A stretch of 64,000 bases of DNA, taken from Eledone cirrhosa (lineage: Eukaryota). The DNA is taken from contig OZ024746.1 in NCBI GenBank assembly GCA_964016885.1, forward strand, positions 1,798,001 through 1,862,000, written 5' to 3'. This document shows, in pieces, positions 12,481 through 26,819 of the stretch. Below the pieces are notes generated by a model that saw only the letters and a program-made list of their open reading frames with translations, did not search any database and was not told where the DNA came from. The position numbers were made by a program, and so were the translations under genes. Numbering within the stretch: position 1 is the first letter of the stretch; the number at the start of each line of letters is the position of its first letter.

Positions 12481-13781
12481 ATAGACGCTCTTTTCATTGT
12501 ACGACAACTACAGGAGAAGTACCTAGCTAAAAGTAAACCCCTATACTTAGCTTTTGTTGACTTGGAGAAAGCCTTTGACAGAGTCCACTGTTCCATTATC
12601 TGGTGGGCTCTTAGAAAACTAGGTGTTGACGAATGGCTTGTGAGAGCTATACAAGCCATGTATAAAGAAACAGTCAGCAAGGTTAGAATTAACAACGAAT
12701 ATAGTGAAGAGTTTAGCGTAAAAGTTGGTGTCCATCAGGGCTCTGTTCTTAGCCCCCTACTATTTATTATTGCCCTTCAGGCTATAACAGAGGAGTTCAA
12801 GACCGGCTGCCCATGGGAACTCCTATACGCAGATGATCTAATGCTCATAGCTGAATCATTGACCGAGCTAGAGAAGAAATTCCAAACATGGAAGCATGGC
12901 CTAGAATCAAAAGGCCTTAAAATTAACCTGGCTAAGACTAAAGTTCTAGTTTGTAGGAAAGAAAATAAGGCGGCGGTCCCTTCCGGGAAATGGCCATGCT
13001 CAGTGTGTAGGAAAGGCGTAGGTAGAAACTCCATTTTATGTCCCAAATGCAAAGTATGGGTGCATAAAAGATGTAGTGGGATCACAGGTAAGCTAACTAA
13101 GAACATAGATTTTGCATGTGGCCGGTGCTCTGGTGCAATAAGTAACAGCAAGTGCCCATAAATACTAGCTCTTTCAATTGCGCAGAGGGTTCTATAGAAA
13201 TAGTGGACAGCTTCCGTTACCTGGGTGACAAAATCAGCAGTGGGGGAGGGTGCTCTGAAAGTACAGTAGCTAGAGTCAGAACTGGATGGAAAAAGTTCAG
13301 AGAGCTTATACCACTATTAGCCGCTAAAGGGTTCTCCCTAAAAATGAAAGGCAGGTTATATGATGCCTGCATACGAACAGCAATGCTGCATGGCAGTGAG
13401 ACCTGGGCATTGTGTGCAGAGGATATACGCAGACTAGAGAGGAACGAAGCTTGCATGCTCCGCTGGATGTGCAATAGTAATATACGTGAACGGCTAAGCA
13501 TAAACGAACTAAGGAAAAAATTAGAAATAAGAGGGATCAGATGTTGTTTACTCGAGAGAAGGCTACGTTGGTATGGTCACATGATGCGCATGAAAGACGA
13601 CAGCTGTATAACAAAGTGCAGGGCAATAAAGATAGACGGTAGCCACGGAGTAGGCAGACCCAGAAAAACCTGGGACGACATGATAAATTCCGACCTCACA
13701 CGCTTACACCTCTCCAAGACAATGTCACTGGACCGAGACCTTTGGCGGTACTCAGTAATTGAGAAGACCCGCCTTACCTAA
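12481..13781 (+). pseudogene. RTE ORF (reverse transcriptase), truncated and frameshifted
   Basis: ORFs 12562-13161 and 13152-13781 lie in different frames; the first frame is open back to 12481 (IDALFIVRQLQEKY). Confidence 0.9.
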
Positions 13782-14281
13782 ATACAAAGTAAAACCTACT
13801 ACAGTCAGTAGGCATCTCTATCAAAACACACCCCCGTCCCACCACCCCCACCCCATCCACACCGCCCCTTTCAATGTAAAGTTATGTTGGTGCCACAACA
13901 TCCAGGCTGATACAAATGAGATCGTGTAGGTGTCACGACAAAAAACACACAGTCCACGCTGTAATGTGGCCGTGTAGGCAACACGGTAAAAACCTCCCAG
14001 CCCGACACTGTAAATGTGGTTGGTGTTAGGAAGGGCATCCAGCTGTAGAAAACCCGCCAGACAGTCCACGCTGTAATGTGGCCGTGTAGGCAACACGGTA
14101 AAAACCTCCCAGCCCCACACTGTAAATGTGGTTGGTGTTAGGAAGGGCATCCAGCTGTAGAAAACCCGCCAGATAGTCCTATGCGAGCAAGACAACCACT
14201 CTTGCCTCAAGTGGGAAAACTCCCGTCCAAACCCATGCAAGCGTGGAACACGGACGTTAAACGCTGATGATGATGATGATG

Positions 14282-14282
<1 letters not shown>
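12481..14282 (+). mobile_element. 5'-truncated RTE-clade LINE (RT, PHD-like finger, C-terminus, 3' UTR)
   Basis: RT motifs FVDLEKAFD, GVHQGSVLSPLLF, LLYADDL, FRYLG, RRLRWYGH, GRPRKTWDD; one frameshift near 13150; stop at 13781; 3' UTR ends in (GAT)n. Confidence 0.95.
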
Positions 14283-14330
<48 letters not shown>

Positions 14331-14529
14331 CACACACATATCTCTCTCTATATATATATACATGCACACACACACACACACACATATCTATCTATATATA
14401 TACACACACACACACATACATATTAGGGTATTTCATATTTATAAGGAACATTTTTTTGTTGGAATCACCTCATGTCAATTGCGCCCTGAATCCATTTCAC
14501 ATAAAAGTGACACAGGTGAAAATAAGAGA

Positions 14530-14975
14530 AGATACAGGTATGCCATTAGTCGAGTATGTCGGTGATGAAACTGCCCTGCATTCACTCATTCAGTGCCTGA
14601 GCATTCCTGACCTGTGGGTTTATGTCAAACATCAGCTGTCACATGTAGGACAGATCCATCTAACAAATGAATCCATTGTGAAGATTGCCCTGCCGCCTTC
14701 CTTTAACCAGGAAGGGCAGGCAGTATTTATATGCCTGGTAGCCATGGCAACTTGTATAGTGGATGTAATTGAAGGGACTGAAGACACACTTCCCACTTTG
14801 GTGAATCCCTCAACTTCTTCAAGTTCCACTTGAAAAGAAAAATGAGAGTGGAGAGTGAAATATTGCCTTCCAGCCATTGAAAGGTGGATGAGAGTTACAG
14901 GCAGAGTTCAGACAAACAGGTCTGCTCTGGGTATACACATGGAAATCAGAACTAAGAACTGAGAGAGGGCACTTG
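14530..14975 (+). mobile_element. L1/Tx1-like ORF2 C-terminal remnant
   Basis: ETALHSLIQC....LW.YV resembles the E(T/S)..H....C....W zinc-binding C-terminal motif of L1/Tx1 ORF2. Confidence 0.6.
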
Positions 14976-15304
14976 CCCACGTGGTTAGAGCAACCGTGGT
15001 TTTATCGAGTTTTTCCACAAGTAGCTCTTGGATATCTCCCCCTTATAGAGGAATATTTATTGTTTAAAATTGTATTGTTACCCCAAATCCTTGGATATCT
15101 CCTCCTTTTTGAGGAATTACTCAATGTTAATATTTTATTATTACCTCCCTGTTTACAAATAAATCCCACACACACACACACACTAACACATACATTCAAT
15201 GTTTTGTTCTGTGCCATTCTTGATATAATAAAGTACACACTAGGGTCGATTTAACTGACTTTCCCCTCCCCCAACATTGCTGGCCTTGTACCTAAATCAG
15301 AAAC

Positions 15305-15335
<31 letters not shown>

Positions 15336-16615
15336 TCAGTGTTTGTTCTCAGTTCAAATCTCGCTAAGGTCAACTTAACCTTTCACCCTTCCAGGATCAC
15401 TAAAATAAAGTACCAGTCAAATACTGGGGTTGATTTGTGCCTAAATTAGAAACACACCCAACACCAAAATAACAAATAAAAGCACTAACCCCATTATTTC
15501 CTCTTCATCTGTTAATATCTTATATAAATATATATCTTCAATAATTATTTGATAGTAAATGTAATAAAGATTCATGCTGTGTAGTATGATATATAATTAA
15601 TATCAATTGGGAAAATAAATTAAAAAAAGAATACCCTACAACTAAGCAAATTTTAACTTTCATTCCCATATCAGAATAAGTGACTTGTTAAGTCACTTGA
15701 CTACTGAGAAAACACCAATCATTTATAACAAACCAACTAAGCTATGTTAATATTCTAACTGGATAATTTACTTTTTGCTCAAATATCACTCTTAAATAAA
15801 CAAATTAGATGCTTTAAAAAATTGTAAAAGTATGCTTATTCTTCACTTAAAGTGTTCAGTATCACACACACTAAACTAGAATAGATAAAAGACATTTATT
15901 TTAAAGAGCAGCAGTGAAATGGGGTGAAAGACCGAGAAAAAACTTAGCAAACAAGGTTTTAATGTAGACACAGTAAAGATAACAGCTCACGTGTGGCCAT
16001 ATTGTAATATAGTTTCTAGTTGATGATGGAATGTAAAGAACAGAGATCTTTTCACTAGTTACTGTAATAACAGATTATAAATCAGATAATGATCAGCAAT
16101 CACAGAATAAACTACTTAAAGAAATTAGAGTATTAGTAGAATTTCCTGTTGGATGCTTTTCAATAATTTCTAAGATGAGGCATCACCTAATATCAGTAAA
16201 CAGTACTTTTATAAAGATGCCATGGTAATGGTTTCAGATATTTCTTTTTAAGTAGGAGAAAGAGAGGTATTTCCTAACTTCATAAGTAGAGAGCTTACAC
16301 TATTTTATTAACTGTATGCCTCAACAACTCACTATTTAGATCTTGTGTTTCCACAAATTGTTCATTGCCACCTTTCCAAACACAAAATTAATCACATATT
16401 CTCTTTTATCTTTCCAACCAGTACACACTTTTCCATTTAATTAATGCATTAATTTCCACTGACCCTTGTGTTGTGCAGCAGATTGTCACACTTGGTGGTG
16501 ACTTGATGGCGACTTGATGGCTGTTTTCCTTATTTACTTTCTCTCGCTCTTATCATATATTTCAGTGTGTTGTATTTGTAATGTTCCTAGCAATAATTAA
16601 TTGTATTTATTATAT

Positions 16616-16800
16616 GTGGATTGGCAGTATTGGTAGAGGGTCGGATGCCATGCTTTGATGCATAGAGTTACGGCCCTTGCCATTCTGAGTTCAAATCCCG
16701 CCGAGGTTAACTTTGCCTTTCATCCTTACGGACTCGATAAAATAAAGTACCAGTAATGCACTGGGTAATTGGTGGCCTTGTGCCAAAATTAGAAACAATT
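16616..16800 (+). mobile_element. tRNA-derived Deu/Nin-domain SINE
   Basis: A box TGGCAGTATTGG, B box GAGTTCAAATCC, core GCCTTTCATCCTTACGG..TCGATAAAATAAAGTACC. Confidence 0.88.
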
Positions 16801-17585
16801 ATGTGTATATATTTGTGTTTATATTTTCATTCTGAAAGAATTGTGAACAATTTGTAATATTATTTATACAACTGAATAAAAGATATAATTGCCCCAACCT
16901 GGCCACAGTCCAATGACTGGAATCAGTAAAAGAATCAATGAATGAATACATCATGCTTGTGCAGATTAAGGCCTAAGGCACTGAGTACTTAAAAATTTAT
17001 GGAAAAAGGTTTCTGGATTGACAAATACATTTAATGACCCTCTTCAAATTATGTCCTTCCTACACATGTACTTTGTTTAATGGTTAATCCGACCTTGACA
17101 TCATTTATAAATTCTTATGATTTATGATAAATAATTTCAAACCTCATTGTTGCAGAATTTAAAGAAGGTTCCTAAATTATCCAGCTCAAATTCTACTCTG
17201 CCATGGATGCATTCAGTTCTTTATCCCCTGAAAATATAACAACAAATTTTGATTTATTAAGAAAAATAAATTTTAAAGTGAAAGCAGTTGTTTAGTGAAT
17301 AAATAACTCAGAGATGTCATCTATCAATAGTCTAGAATTGTCTCTTGAACACAAAAAAGTAAGAATTTTGAGGGATTTACTAAAATCATTAATTATTTTA
17401 CTACTAAGATAGTAACTTAATGTAAGGTTCTAATATAAATTTATGTTGGAAGATTTTTATTTAAATTGGAAACCTTTAAAATGAGTGATTTTATTTCTTA
17501 GAACCAGAGCTGGTTTTGGCTGGGTTGGTAACTAAAGGGTTAAAATATACAGAAATGTTTTCTCTTCTTCTGCTCCACCATACAT

Positions 17586-17643
<58 letters not shown>

Positions 17644-18289
17644 CTCACAAAAAAAGAAGACACATTTCACCACTGTCTGAAATATTGTTACACATATATA
17701 AATATATATCTTGTGTTCTATAACACTGATAGCTTTTCAAATACAAACATGTTTAAATGCTGTTATATAGGAAATACTCTTTATGCACGAGAGTGAGTGA
17801 GTGAGTGTGTGTGTGAGTGAGTGAGTGAGCGAGTGTGTCTGTGTGTGTGTGAGTGAGTGTGTGTGTGTGTGAGTGTGAGTGTATGTACATATATATAAAA
17901 TTAACAAAATTATTATAAAAATTATAACCAATAAACTGTTCAACTTTGAGACATAAATTCTTTTTTCATTGTCTTTCAGAAACAGAGTCTGGACTATTGG
18001 TATGGAAGTTCAAAAGACTAATAAAAATCTGTATTTGGGTCAATAACTAAATTAATTAAAACTTCCAGAAATTTCACTGATATATGATACTTCTTAATTA
18101 TTATTCCTCTCTTCTTTATGATTCTTTGAAATGGAGCTATGTTCCAAGGAATCAGAAAAATAAGAGAATTAACCTCTTAAACTTATTTCTAGCTTATTTT
18201 TGATTCGTTTGTAATTTTATTCTTTATTTATTTAAAGATGTTTAATTTTTTTTTTTAAATACATACAATAGTTTATAACTTTGCCTATT

Positions 18290-18545
18290 AATCCGTATGG
18301 TGAGCAAATGGGGTCCTATGTGCTAGCCTCCCCACAGCCCCGGCGGACAGGATGGAGAAGGCGTTTCCCTGGAGGATGGTAAGGGGGATGCGCTGGAAGA
18401 GCCATTCCATCTTGCGAGGATTACACCTGCAGCTGGCTAGCTCAGCGCCTATGGTGGTAAGTAGGGAGGTAGCCTTAGGGCCAAGGACACCAGAAGTCTC
18501 CACTGCCAAAAGACACTTTCCTGAGGTACTACACCATGGAATTGA
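18290..18545 (-). mobile_element. CRE-clade non-LTR retrotransposon RLE C-terminal remnant
   Basis: AVETSGVLGP.A..LL..IG...WLFQRI.LTILQGNA, the characteristic CRE-like terminal motif. Confidence 0.75.
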
Positions 18546-18959
18546 ACTTGAAGCCACAGAGTTACAAAAGCAAACCAGTGAAGAACACATGGTAAAGTGA
18601 CATCTAAAGGTATTCCAGTCATTGATGAGATAATGTAGGATTAAAATAAATGGAGATCAGCTGTATGTCATGCTGTCCAGTCCAACACACTGGTGGGAGG
18701 GTGGGGGGCAGTTAAACATGATGATGATAGTGATGATGATGATGATGATAATGTACCAACAATGGGGATCTGATCTCTTTGAAGAATTACTTTTAAAAGG
18801 GAAAATAAATAAACAAAATGACTTCTGGTGTTAAACTGAAATACTGAAAGAAAGAGGTGGGAGAAAATAGATGGTCCCTAGGGAGTTACAGGTGGGAGAA
18901 ACTAGATGGTCCCTAGGGAGTTACTGAAGGAATGGCCAACAATTTTTATATTTGAAATA

Positions 18960-19148
18960 TGGTGGATTGGCAGAATCGGTAGAGGGTCGGACGCCATGCT
19001 TTGCAGCAAAGAGTTACGGCCCTTTATGTTCTGAGTTCAAATCTCGCCGAGGTCAACTTTGCCTTTCATCCTTACGGGGTCGATAAAATAAAGTACCAGT
19101 AATACACTGGGATAATTGCTGGCCTTGTGCCAAAAGTAGAAACAATTA
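18960..19148 (+). mobile_element. Deu/Nin-domain SINE with TSD
   Basis: Full-length copy flanked by TTATATTTGAAATA on both sides. Confidence 0.9.
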
Positions 19149-22100
19149 TATTTGAAATACAAAAGCCTCGTTACTAAAGCTGAGAGCTACGACAATGTTC
19201 TTACAAAGGTATCCTATGTAAAAACAACAATTTTCCATTGTCATCATATAATTCTTAGTAAGAGTAGCAGCCATAACTCTGTTATTAATACGTCTGTTTA
19301 TTTCCTGATACTGAGGCGATTAAAAGGAGGAATCTACTTTCTAAATTCTCCCTGCTGTGTCCCCATTCTTAGCCCTTTCTTTCCTTTCAGTTTGTCATAA
19401 TTAACGATCTGATTTTGTTGCACACATTTTATACAGATGTGTATGTGTGTGTGTGTGCATGTGTGTGCATGTGTGTGCGTGTGTGTGTGTGAATGTATGT
19501 GCGCGTGTGTGTGTGTGCGCGTGCATGTGCGTGTGTGTGTGGGTGTGAATGTGTGTGTGCATGTGTGTGTGTGTGTGTATGCATGTGCGTGTGTATATTG
19601 GGTTGGACTGAAAGTTCCCACCATTTTACATTCAAAAGGAGGTAATTTGGCAGAGTTTTCTGGAAATGCTGAAGGTTGCAGATGAACACATGTATAAGAA
19701 ATGATGTTAGTATACACCATAAACATCTCATTTTATGTTTCACCATCAAAGGGGAAGCAACATGGATCTATCCAAATCACTTATTCATGGCTATTTACTT
19801 TACAACTTCAAGTCTGGTCGAAGCACAACAGCATCGAGTCATCGCATCAACAATGCATTTGGGTCATACTCCTTGTCTGAATGCAGTACCAGGGACTGGT
19901 TCGCATGCTTCTATTCTGGTGTTTAGAGCCTTGAAGATTGACTTCATGCAGGACGTCTATCGGACTTCAATATGAGCAACTGTGTGAGCTGGTGGAAGCT
20001 GACCCATGCTAGATATCACATCAACTCTCTGAAGTGCTTGGGGCATTGTAAACAACCATCCCCAATCACTGACATGCAATAGGGAAGGTGACCAAGCTGA
20101 ACCAATGGGTGACCCACAATCTGACTGACCATAATCATGAATGTCCGACAACAGCTGCAACTTCTCTCCTACCATCACACCATCAATTGATTACCACACT
20201 TAAAACATCAAAAATATATTTTATACTCGTGAGAATTTTAAAACCATTCCATCTTGGATTCCTGCCCATTTCTCAGACATAAAATAGGGGCAGTTGGATT
20301 ATGAGTAGATACGGTAAATAATAAAAATATATTATTTAATAAGATATTGAATTTCCAAGTTTCCCAGGTAGCACACAAATGGTTAGGATGGTGTATGTTT
20401 ATTATAAGTCAAAACTTAGAATCTGAAACAATCTTAGGTATATATTTATCTTATATATTATTGCAGTCAACTGATTAAATATTGTAAAGAAAGACATTTT
20501 TAAAATAAACACAAAGAGAGAAAGAAAAAAGAATCATTTTTAATTTGATATTTTCATAGAATTCAGCAGTAACTAAGATGGACATTGAAACAGCAGCAGT
20601 GTAAGGCAGGTGTTGCTGAGTAACCCCAGGATGTGAGAAGTGGAAGTAATAAGTTGGGTCAAAGATGATAAGTATTGAGAGAAGGAAAGCAAAGAGAAAT
20701 TAATTTAAATAGAAAATGTGAATAGTATACAGAGAACAAAATAATAAATATTTTCAAGAAAATATTTATTCATGTGTGGCTTTCTCTGAACTGATTTTAA
20801 TACAATTAGAATGCACTTTATACATTGATCTTTCTCAACAACCCTGCATCTCCTTCAAGGTCAGATTAGTTGTTGACTCTCTACAAAGTTCAAATAACAG
20901 CCACAGTAGAACACTACTGTTATATCTGGGACAGTGTTATTGCTACATATACAAACACCTGAGATCACATCCAAAAGATGGCCACCCAATTTCACCAATA
21001 ATTTACAGCCCCTAGACCTGTGATGCATAACTTTTTCAGAAAGAGGTTCACAAAATCCATAGACCACCAATAAGAGTATGGTATTAATAATCTAAATTAA
21101 GAAATTAATCATGCTTTATATATACAATACAGTGAAAGAGACTTTTCAAGGCCATGGTGACTAGTGGGAAGAAAGGCACCCTCAACAAGAGATCTGAGCT
21201 GAATTATTGCAACAAAGGGAACTCTGCTAAAAATACTTAAGGACCAGGTGATGGTGTTAAACTGGCTGACAGGTTAAGTTTATCATCTAAGATACACGTA
21301 AATCTACTTTTTATTGATTTATAATTCAGATTGCCTTATATAAAGAAAAAATATAGTGACTTCTTTGGTCTTATATCACTTGCTGTAGGCCACCAAAACT
21401 TGGGTATAAAACCACATTATTTATCCTTACTACAGATTTGAGGTATCCCCTCTCTACTGCCAATAAACCCATGTTTTGCCCTTTTCTTATCTCTATCATG
21501 TCTTTTCCCTTTGAGCTTGGAATTAAGTTTTCTTTTTATCAAATCCTTTCACCCTGAATGATCAAACACCTGGATCTTTTGATCTTGGAAAGTCATGTCC
21601 ACACTCTCTCTCTAAGTTATAGCTCAGACCTCACCTAGTATAAATTTGCCTTTCTTCCCAATGGGGTCAATAAAATAAATCCTATACATACACTAATGTC
21701 TTAAATGTAATTGACTATAGCTCTCTCCCACACAAATCTGTGAGAAATCAGGATTTTACAAGGATATCTTCAACAATCCACAAATGTTCATAACTGAAGT
21801 AAAATTACTTCAACTGGGATTGAAAAAAACATTATTTCAACTTACAAAGATCTTACATCTTACTCTACATGTATAACAATCATTCTTTATGTACTAATGA
21901 CATAAACTTAATTAATTTCAGAAGTGTGACCCTTTTTAACTGATGATAGAAGCCCCACATCATAAACTAAGATTTTTCTCAAGAAAAACGAAATAACTTA
22001 ATATGACACCTGCCTCACCACTACCACCCCCTCACCACCACCCTCACCACCACCACCCCCTCACCACCACCCCTTCCACTTCAATTAAAAAACACTTATT

Positions 22101-22189
22101 CATTAAGTACTTTAGAAAGTTTTTAAAAGTCGTCATAACAACATTAAAAGATTATAAAGAGATTTGCAGATTAAGAAATTATATGATGA

Positions 22190-23126
22190 TTATATATATA
22201 TATATACATACATAGATACATTATATATATACATACATAGATACATTATATATATACATACATAGATACATTATATATACATATACAGAGATACATTATA
22301 TATATATACATACATAGATACATTATATATATACATACATAGATACATTATATATATACATACATAGATACATTATATATATACATACATAGATACATTA
22401 TATATACATATACAGAGATACATTATATATATATACATACATAGATACATTATATATATACATACATAGATACATTATATATATACATACATAGATACAT
22501 TATATATATATACATAGATACATTATATACATACATAGATACATTATATATATACATAGATACATTATATATATATATATACATAGATACATTATATATA
22601 TACATACATAGATACATTATATATATACATACATAGATACATTATATATATACATACATAGATACATTATATATATACATACATAGATACATTATATATA
22701 TATATATACATAGATACATTATATATATATATATACATAGATACATTATATATATATATATATATATACATAGATACATTATATATATACATACATAGAT
22801 ACATTATATATATACATAGATACATTATATATATATATACATAGATACATTATATATATATATATACATAGATACATTATATATATACATACATAGATAC
22901 ATTATATATATACATACATAGATACATTATATATATATATATATACATACATAGATACATTATATATATATACATACATAGATACATTATATATATACAT
23001 ACATAGATACATTATATATATACATACATAGATACATTATATATATACATACATAGATACATTATATATATACATACATATACATAGATACATTATATAT
23101 ATATATATATACATATAGATACATTA

Positions 23127-23160
<34 letters not shown>
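22190..23160. repeat. Minisatellite CATAGATACAT(TA)n with variable unit length
   Basis: Many copies of CATAGATACATT separated by variable TA/TACA runs. Confidence 0.95.
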
Positions 23161-23163
<3 letters not shown>

Positions 23164-23274
23164 CAAATTAATAAGTTGTATGGGAGTGTATTGAATTACA
23201 TGATTAACTTCATATAATTAATTTGGAAAAGTTCCGTCAATATGATGCTATGAAATATAAGCTGTGTGTGTATG

Positions 23275-23527
23275 CACACATATGTATATGTACACATATG
23301 TATATGTACACATATGTATATGCACACATATGTATATGTACACATATGTATATGCACACATATGTATATGTACACATATGTATATGTACACATATGTATA
23401 TGTACACATATGTATATGTACACATATGTATATGCACACATATGTATATGTACACATATGTATATGTACACATATGTATATGTACACATATGTATATGTA
23501 CACATATGTATATGTACACATATGTAT
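23275..23527. repeat. 16-bp minisatellite (CACATATGTATATGYA)
   Basis: Direct tandem repeat. Confidence 0.95.
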
Positions 23528-24877
23528 AAGCACATGTATACGAAACCTGAATAAATATTGTTCCTCATTTTTAGAAAGATAGAATCATTGAAGGTGTCTT
23601 TACTTTATTGACTTCTCATAAAGCTAACCTCTTTCAACAATTGGTGGACAATGGAAGTTATGTCAATCAAGAATTTTCTTAACAATTGTAGTATAAGCAA
23701 AATAAAATTGCTACAACACTGAATCAAAAACTGATATTTGTAAGTTTATCTTATCAACATCATTTAACATCCATTTTTCCTGCTAGCAAAGATTTGATGG
23801 GTTGTCAAAGACCAATCAGTACTTAATCAGAGCCACTGATCTCTTATAAATATATATAAGTAAACATTTGCTATATTAACCCTTTAGCTACCAACCTGGT
23901 CAAAACTGACTCTGGTTCTATGGCAGATCAACCACAAAAGGACCACTCACTTCAAAAGTAACTGCATAGGTCAGTTGGTCACCCATCGTGAGGCACACAG
24001 CATTAGCACATTTGTCTTGAATGCAACAGGTACTGAAGGTGAAACATAGGACTGGTTAGTTATTAAAGACATTCATATCCAACCTTGGCAACCTGAAGAG
24101 CAAAATTCATCATAAGCAATGACTCAATTTATTATCAACTTGAGCATTCACACACTCATATTTTTATATACAAAATATATACATACAAACCACAGACACA
24201 CAACACTAAGTATAGAATTTATTTGCTTTTTAAACAGAATCATAGCTTCTTGAATATAACTTATGAACATTTCTAAATTTTCTTTGAAAACATTCATAAA
24301 AAAAGAGCTGTACAATTCAAGATGAAATTGTCTGTGAAATAACTTAACTTGAGAATATGATAGAATTTCAATATGTTTTCCACAACACATTTCAATCATA
24401 AACAGATTAATTACACCAGAATATATATTGGATTTTCATTATAAATTCTTCTTAGCTTGGTTAAAGAAGTGACAGGTTTTCAACCAGAATAAATTAAACT
24501 CTTTTATTCTTAATCATTATCCAGAAGACAGACTATCTTATGAATGATAAATGGTTGCAAAAACAGTAGCTAGAAGGTTTGCTGTTCAAATGTCCCTCAC
24601 TTATTAGCTGTCCCATAACTAAGATAGCATTTAACCCTTAACATCCTATATCACATGAAACCACATTAGTAAGGCATTCTAGAAAAATACAAAACAGCCC
24701 TATGATTGCATCACATTAAACATTTTAATTATTTACACAAGTTTACTGAAAACTTTCATGATTATTTGTTTACTAACAGAAATACTATAAACATTTAAAT
24801 TAACAAACCTGTCTTTAGATATCTTCTGCTAAATCATTTCAGGATCTTACAGGATATGTTTGTATGTAAGTACCCCT

Positions 24878-24920
<43 letters not shown>

Positions 24921-25544
24921 TAGCAGGGGAAACAGATGATAATGTTAATGTTCCAATCCGATGAAACATGTACAAATGTTAAACTCAACTATATGTTGCC
25001 TTCAATAACTGATTTGGCTGCTGAGACACCATTGAAGACTTCTTCATACCGTGTATCTAAGAGAAGTTAACTTAGCAGACATTACCACTTTTCAAAGCTA
25101 TGATAGACACATTATAAATACAGTTACATATAGAATTAAATATTGCTTTGACAAACATTAATGGATATAATGTTATTGATTATACATTACACCTCACAGC
25201 AAATGACATAATCTATTAAGTATATACTAGCTGATATACACATAAATAATTATTTATCTATATATCTAAAACAGAGAATGTCTGTTTGTCTGACTCCCTA
25301 AAACTCGAGAACCACCCAACCGATTGTTTTCAAACTTTACACATGTAATACTTATGGTCCTGTGAGTGTTTTGAGCAAAAAGTATTTCAAATTTTCAATG
25401 CCTTAGGGACCACATTAGGCGATTTAGCGATCTCTCTATAATTCTTAGTCTTTCTTTTTAGATAGATACATAGATATAATGTTGCGCCCTTATAATATCT
25501 GTCTGTATGTCTGACTGTCTGCATTATGACATTATGATGCTCTA

Positions 25545-25597
<53 letters not shown>

Positions 25598-25709
25598 TGT
25601 AACGTTTTTCGAAATATTTACTTCTGCGTTCATAGATTGATTTTTTTAGTTTCAGAAGATCCCGTTAAGGGTGAAAGCAGCGATTCTTTGCTTAAACTTT
25701 AATCTGTTA

Positions 25710-25747
<38 letters not shown>

Positions 25748-25749
<2 letters not shown>

Positions 25750-25910
25750 AAGTGGTCGTGGAGGTGCCACGGCAAAAAAAAAAAGCACCCAGCACTCACT
25801 GTGAATGAGGTTGGTGTTAGGAAGGGCATCCAGCTGTAGAAATCAAGCCAGAATCAGTTCCCGTCCCACCCTTGCAAGCAGGGAAAAGTGGACGTAAAAT
25901 GAAATGATGA
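25748..25910 (+). mobile_element. RTE-tail half of the composite SINE
   Basis: Matches 1068-1180 plus the 3' end seen at 1-60. Confidence 0.8.
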
Positions 25911-25975
25911 TATATATATATATATATATATATATATCTGTACACGAATATATAATTATATATATATATATATAT

Positions 25976-26015
<40 letters not shown>

Positions 26016-26096
26016 TATATATATATATATATAATTATATATATATATATATATATATAATTATATATATATATATATATATAATTATATATATAT

Positions 26097-26130
<34 letters not shown>

Positions 26131-26143
26131 ATTATATATATAT

Positions 26144-26179
<36 letters not shown>

Positions 26180-26284
26180 TATATATATATATATAACATA
26201 TATATATATATATATATATAATTATATATATATATATATGTATATAATTATATATTCGTGTACAGATATTTTTGCATACACAAT

Positions 26285-26581
26285 CATTTCATTTCATTTC
26301 ATTTTACGTCCGCTTTTTCCCTGCTTGCAAGGGTGGGACGGGAACTGATTCTGGCTTGATTTCTATAGCTGGATGCCCTTCCTAACACCAACCTCATTTA
26401 CAGTGAGTGCTGGGTGCTTTTTTGCCGTGGCACCTCCACGACCACTTGCAGTGGAATGATAGGGACCCCAGTCCCTAACATCTCATTTCTACAGCTGAGT
26501 AAACTGGAGCAATGTGAAATAAAGTGTCTTGCTCAAGGAAACAACACATCACCCGGTCTGAGAATTGAACTCACAACCTTT
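26285..26581 (-). mobile_element. Composite CORE/RTE-tail SINE (5' truncated, lacks A box)
   Basis: Reverse complement closely matches 937-1178. Confidence 0.85.
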
Positions 26582-26819
26582 CACAATAACAAAATATAAA
26601 CAAAAGTACTTATTTCGTGATAAAGTATTGATTTTCTTCGCATGGAAAAAACCCTGGTAATCTACAACAAATTTTTTTTATAAGCACAAAATGTAGAAAT
26701 CCCGAGGCCGAGGTATTCCGTACTTCTCTGTACTGTTTCCGAAAGGAGGGATAAACATGCCAATCTATGTTTAGAATCCCGAGCAATGCCGGGCCATTCT
26801 GCTAGTATTATAATATATT

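Larger units (their letters stand above)
25257..26805 (+). mobile_element. Non-autonomous Helitron-like element with nested SINE and microsatellite insertions
   Basis: 5' A|TCTATATAT, subterminal GTCTGTTTGTCTG, 3' hairpin CCCGAGCAATGCCGGG (26778-26793) followed by CTAG|T (26802-26806). That both ends belong to one element is inferred. Confidence 0.65.

Noticed and set aside
17980-17999. Plus-strand 20-nt micro-exon candidate (TTTCAG|...|GTATGG)
   Set aside because: No supporting plus-strand exons or recognisable peptide; such sites are common by chance in AT-rich DNA.
20850-21300. Possible pogo/Tigger transposase relic (QPLDL motif)
   Set aside because: Only one short motif, no TIRs or continuous frame.
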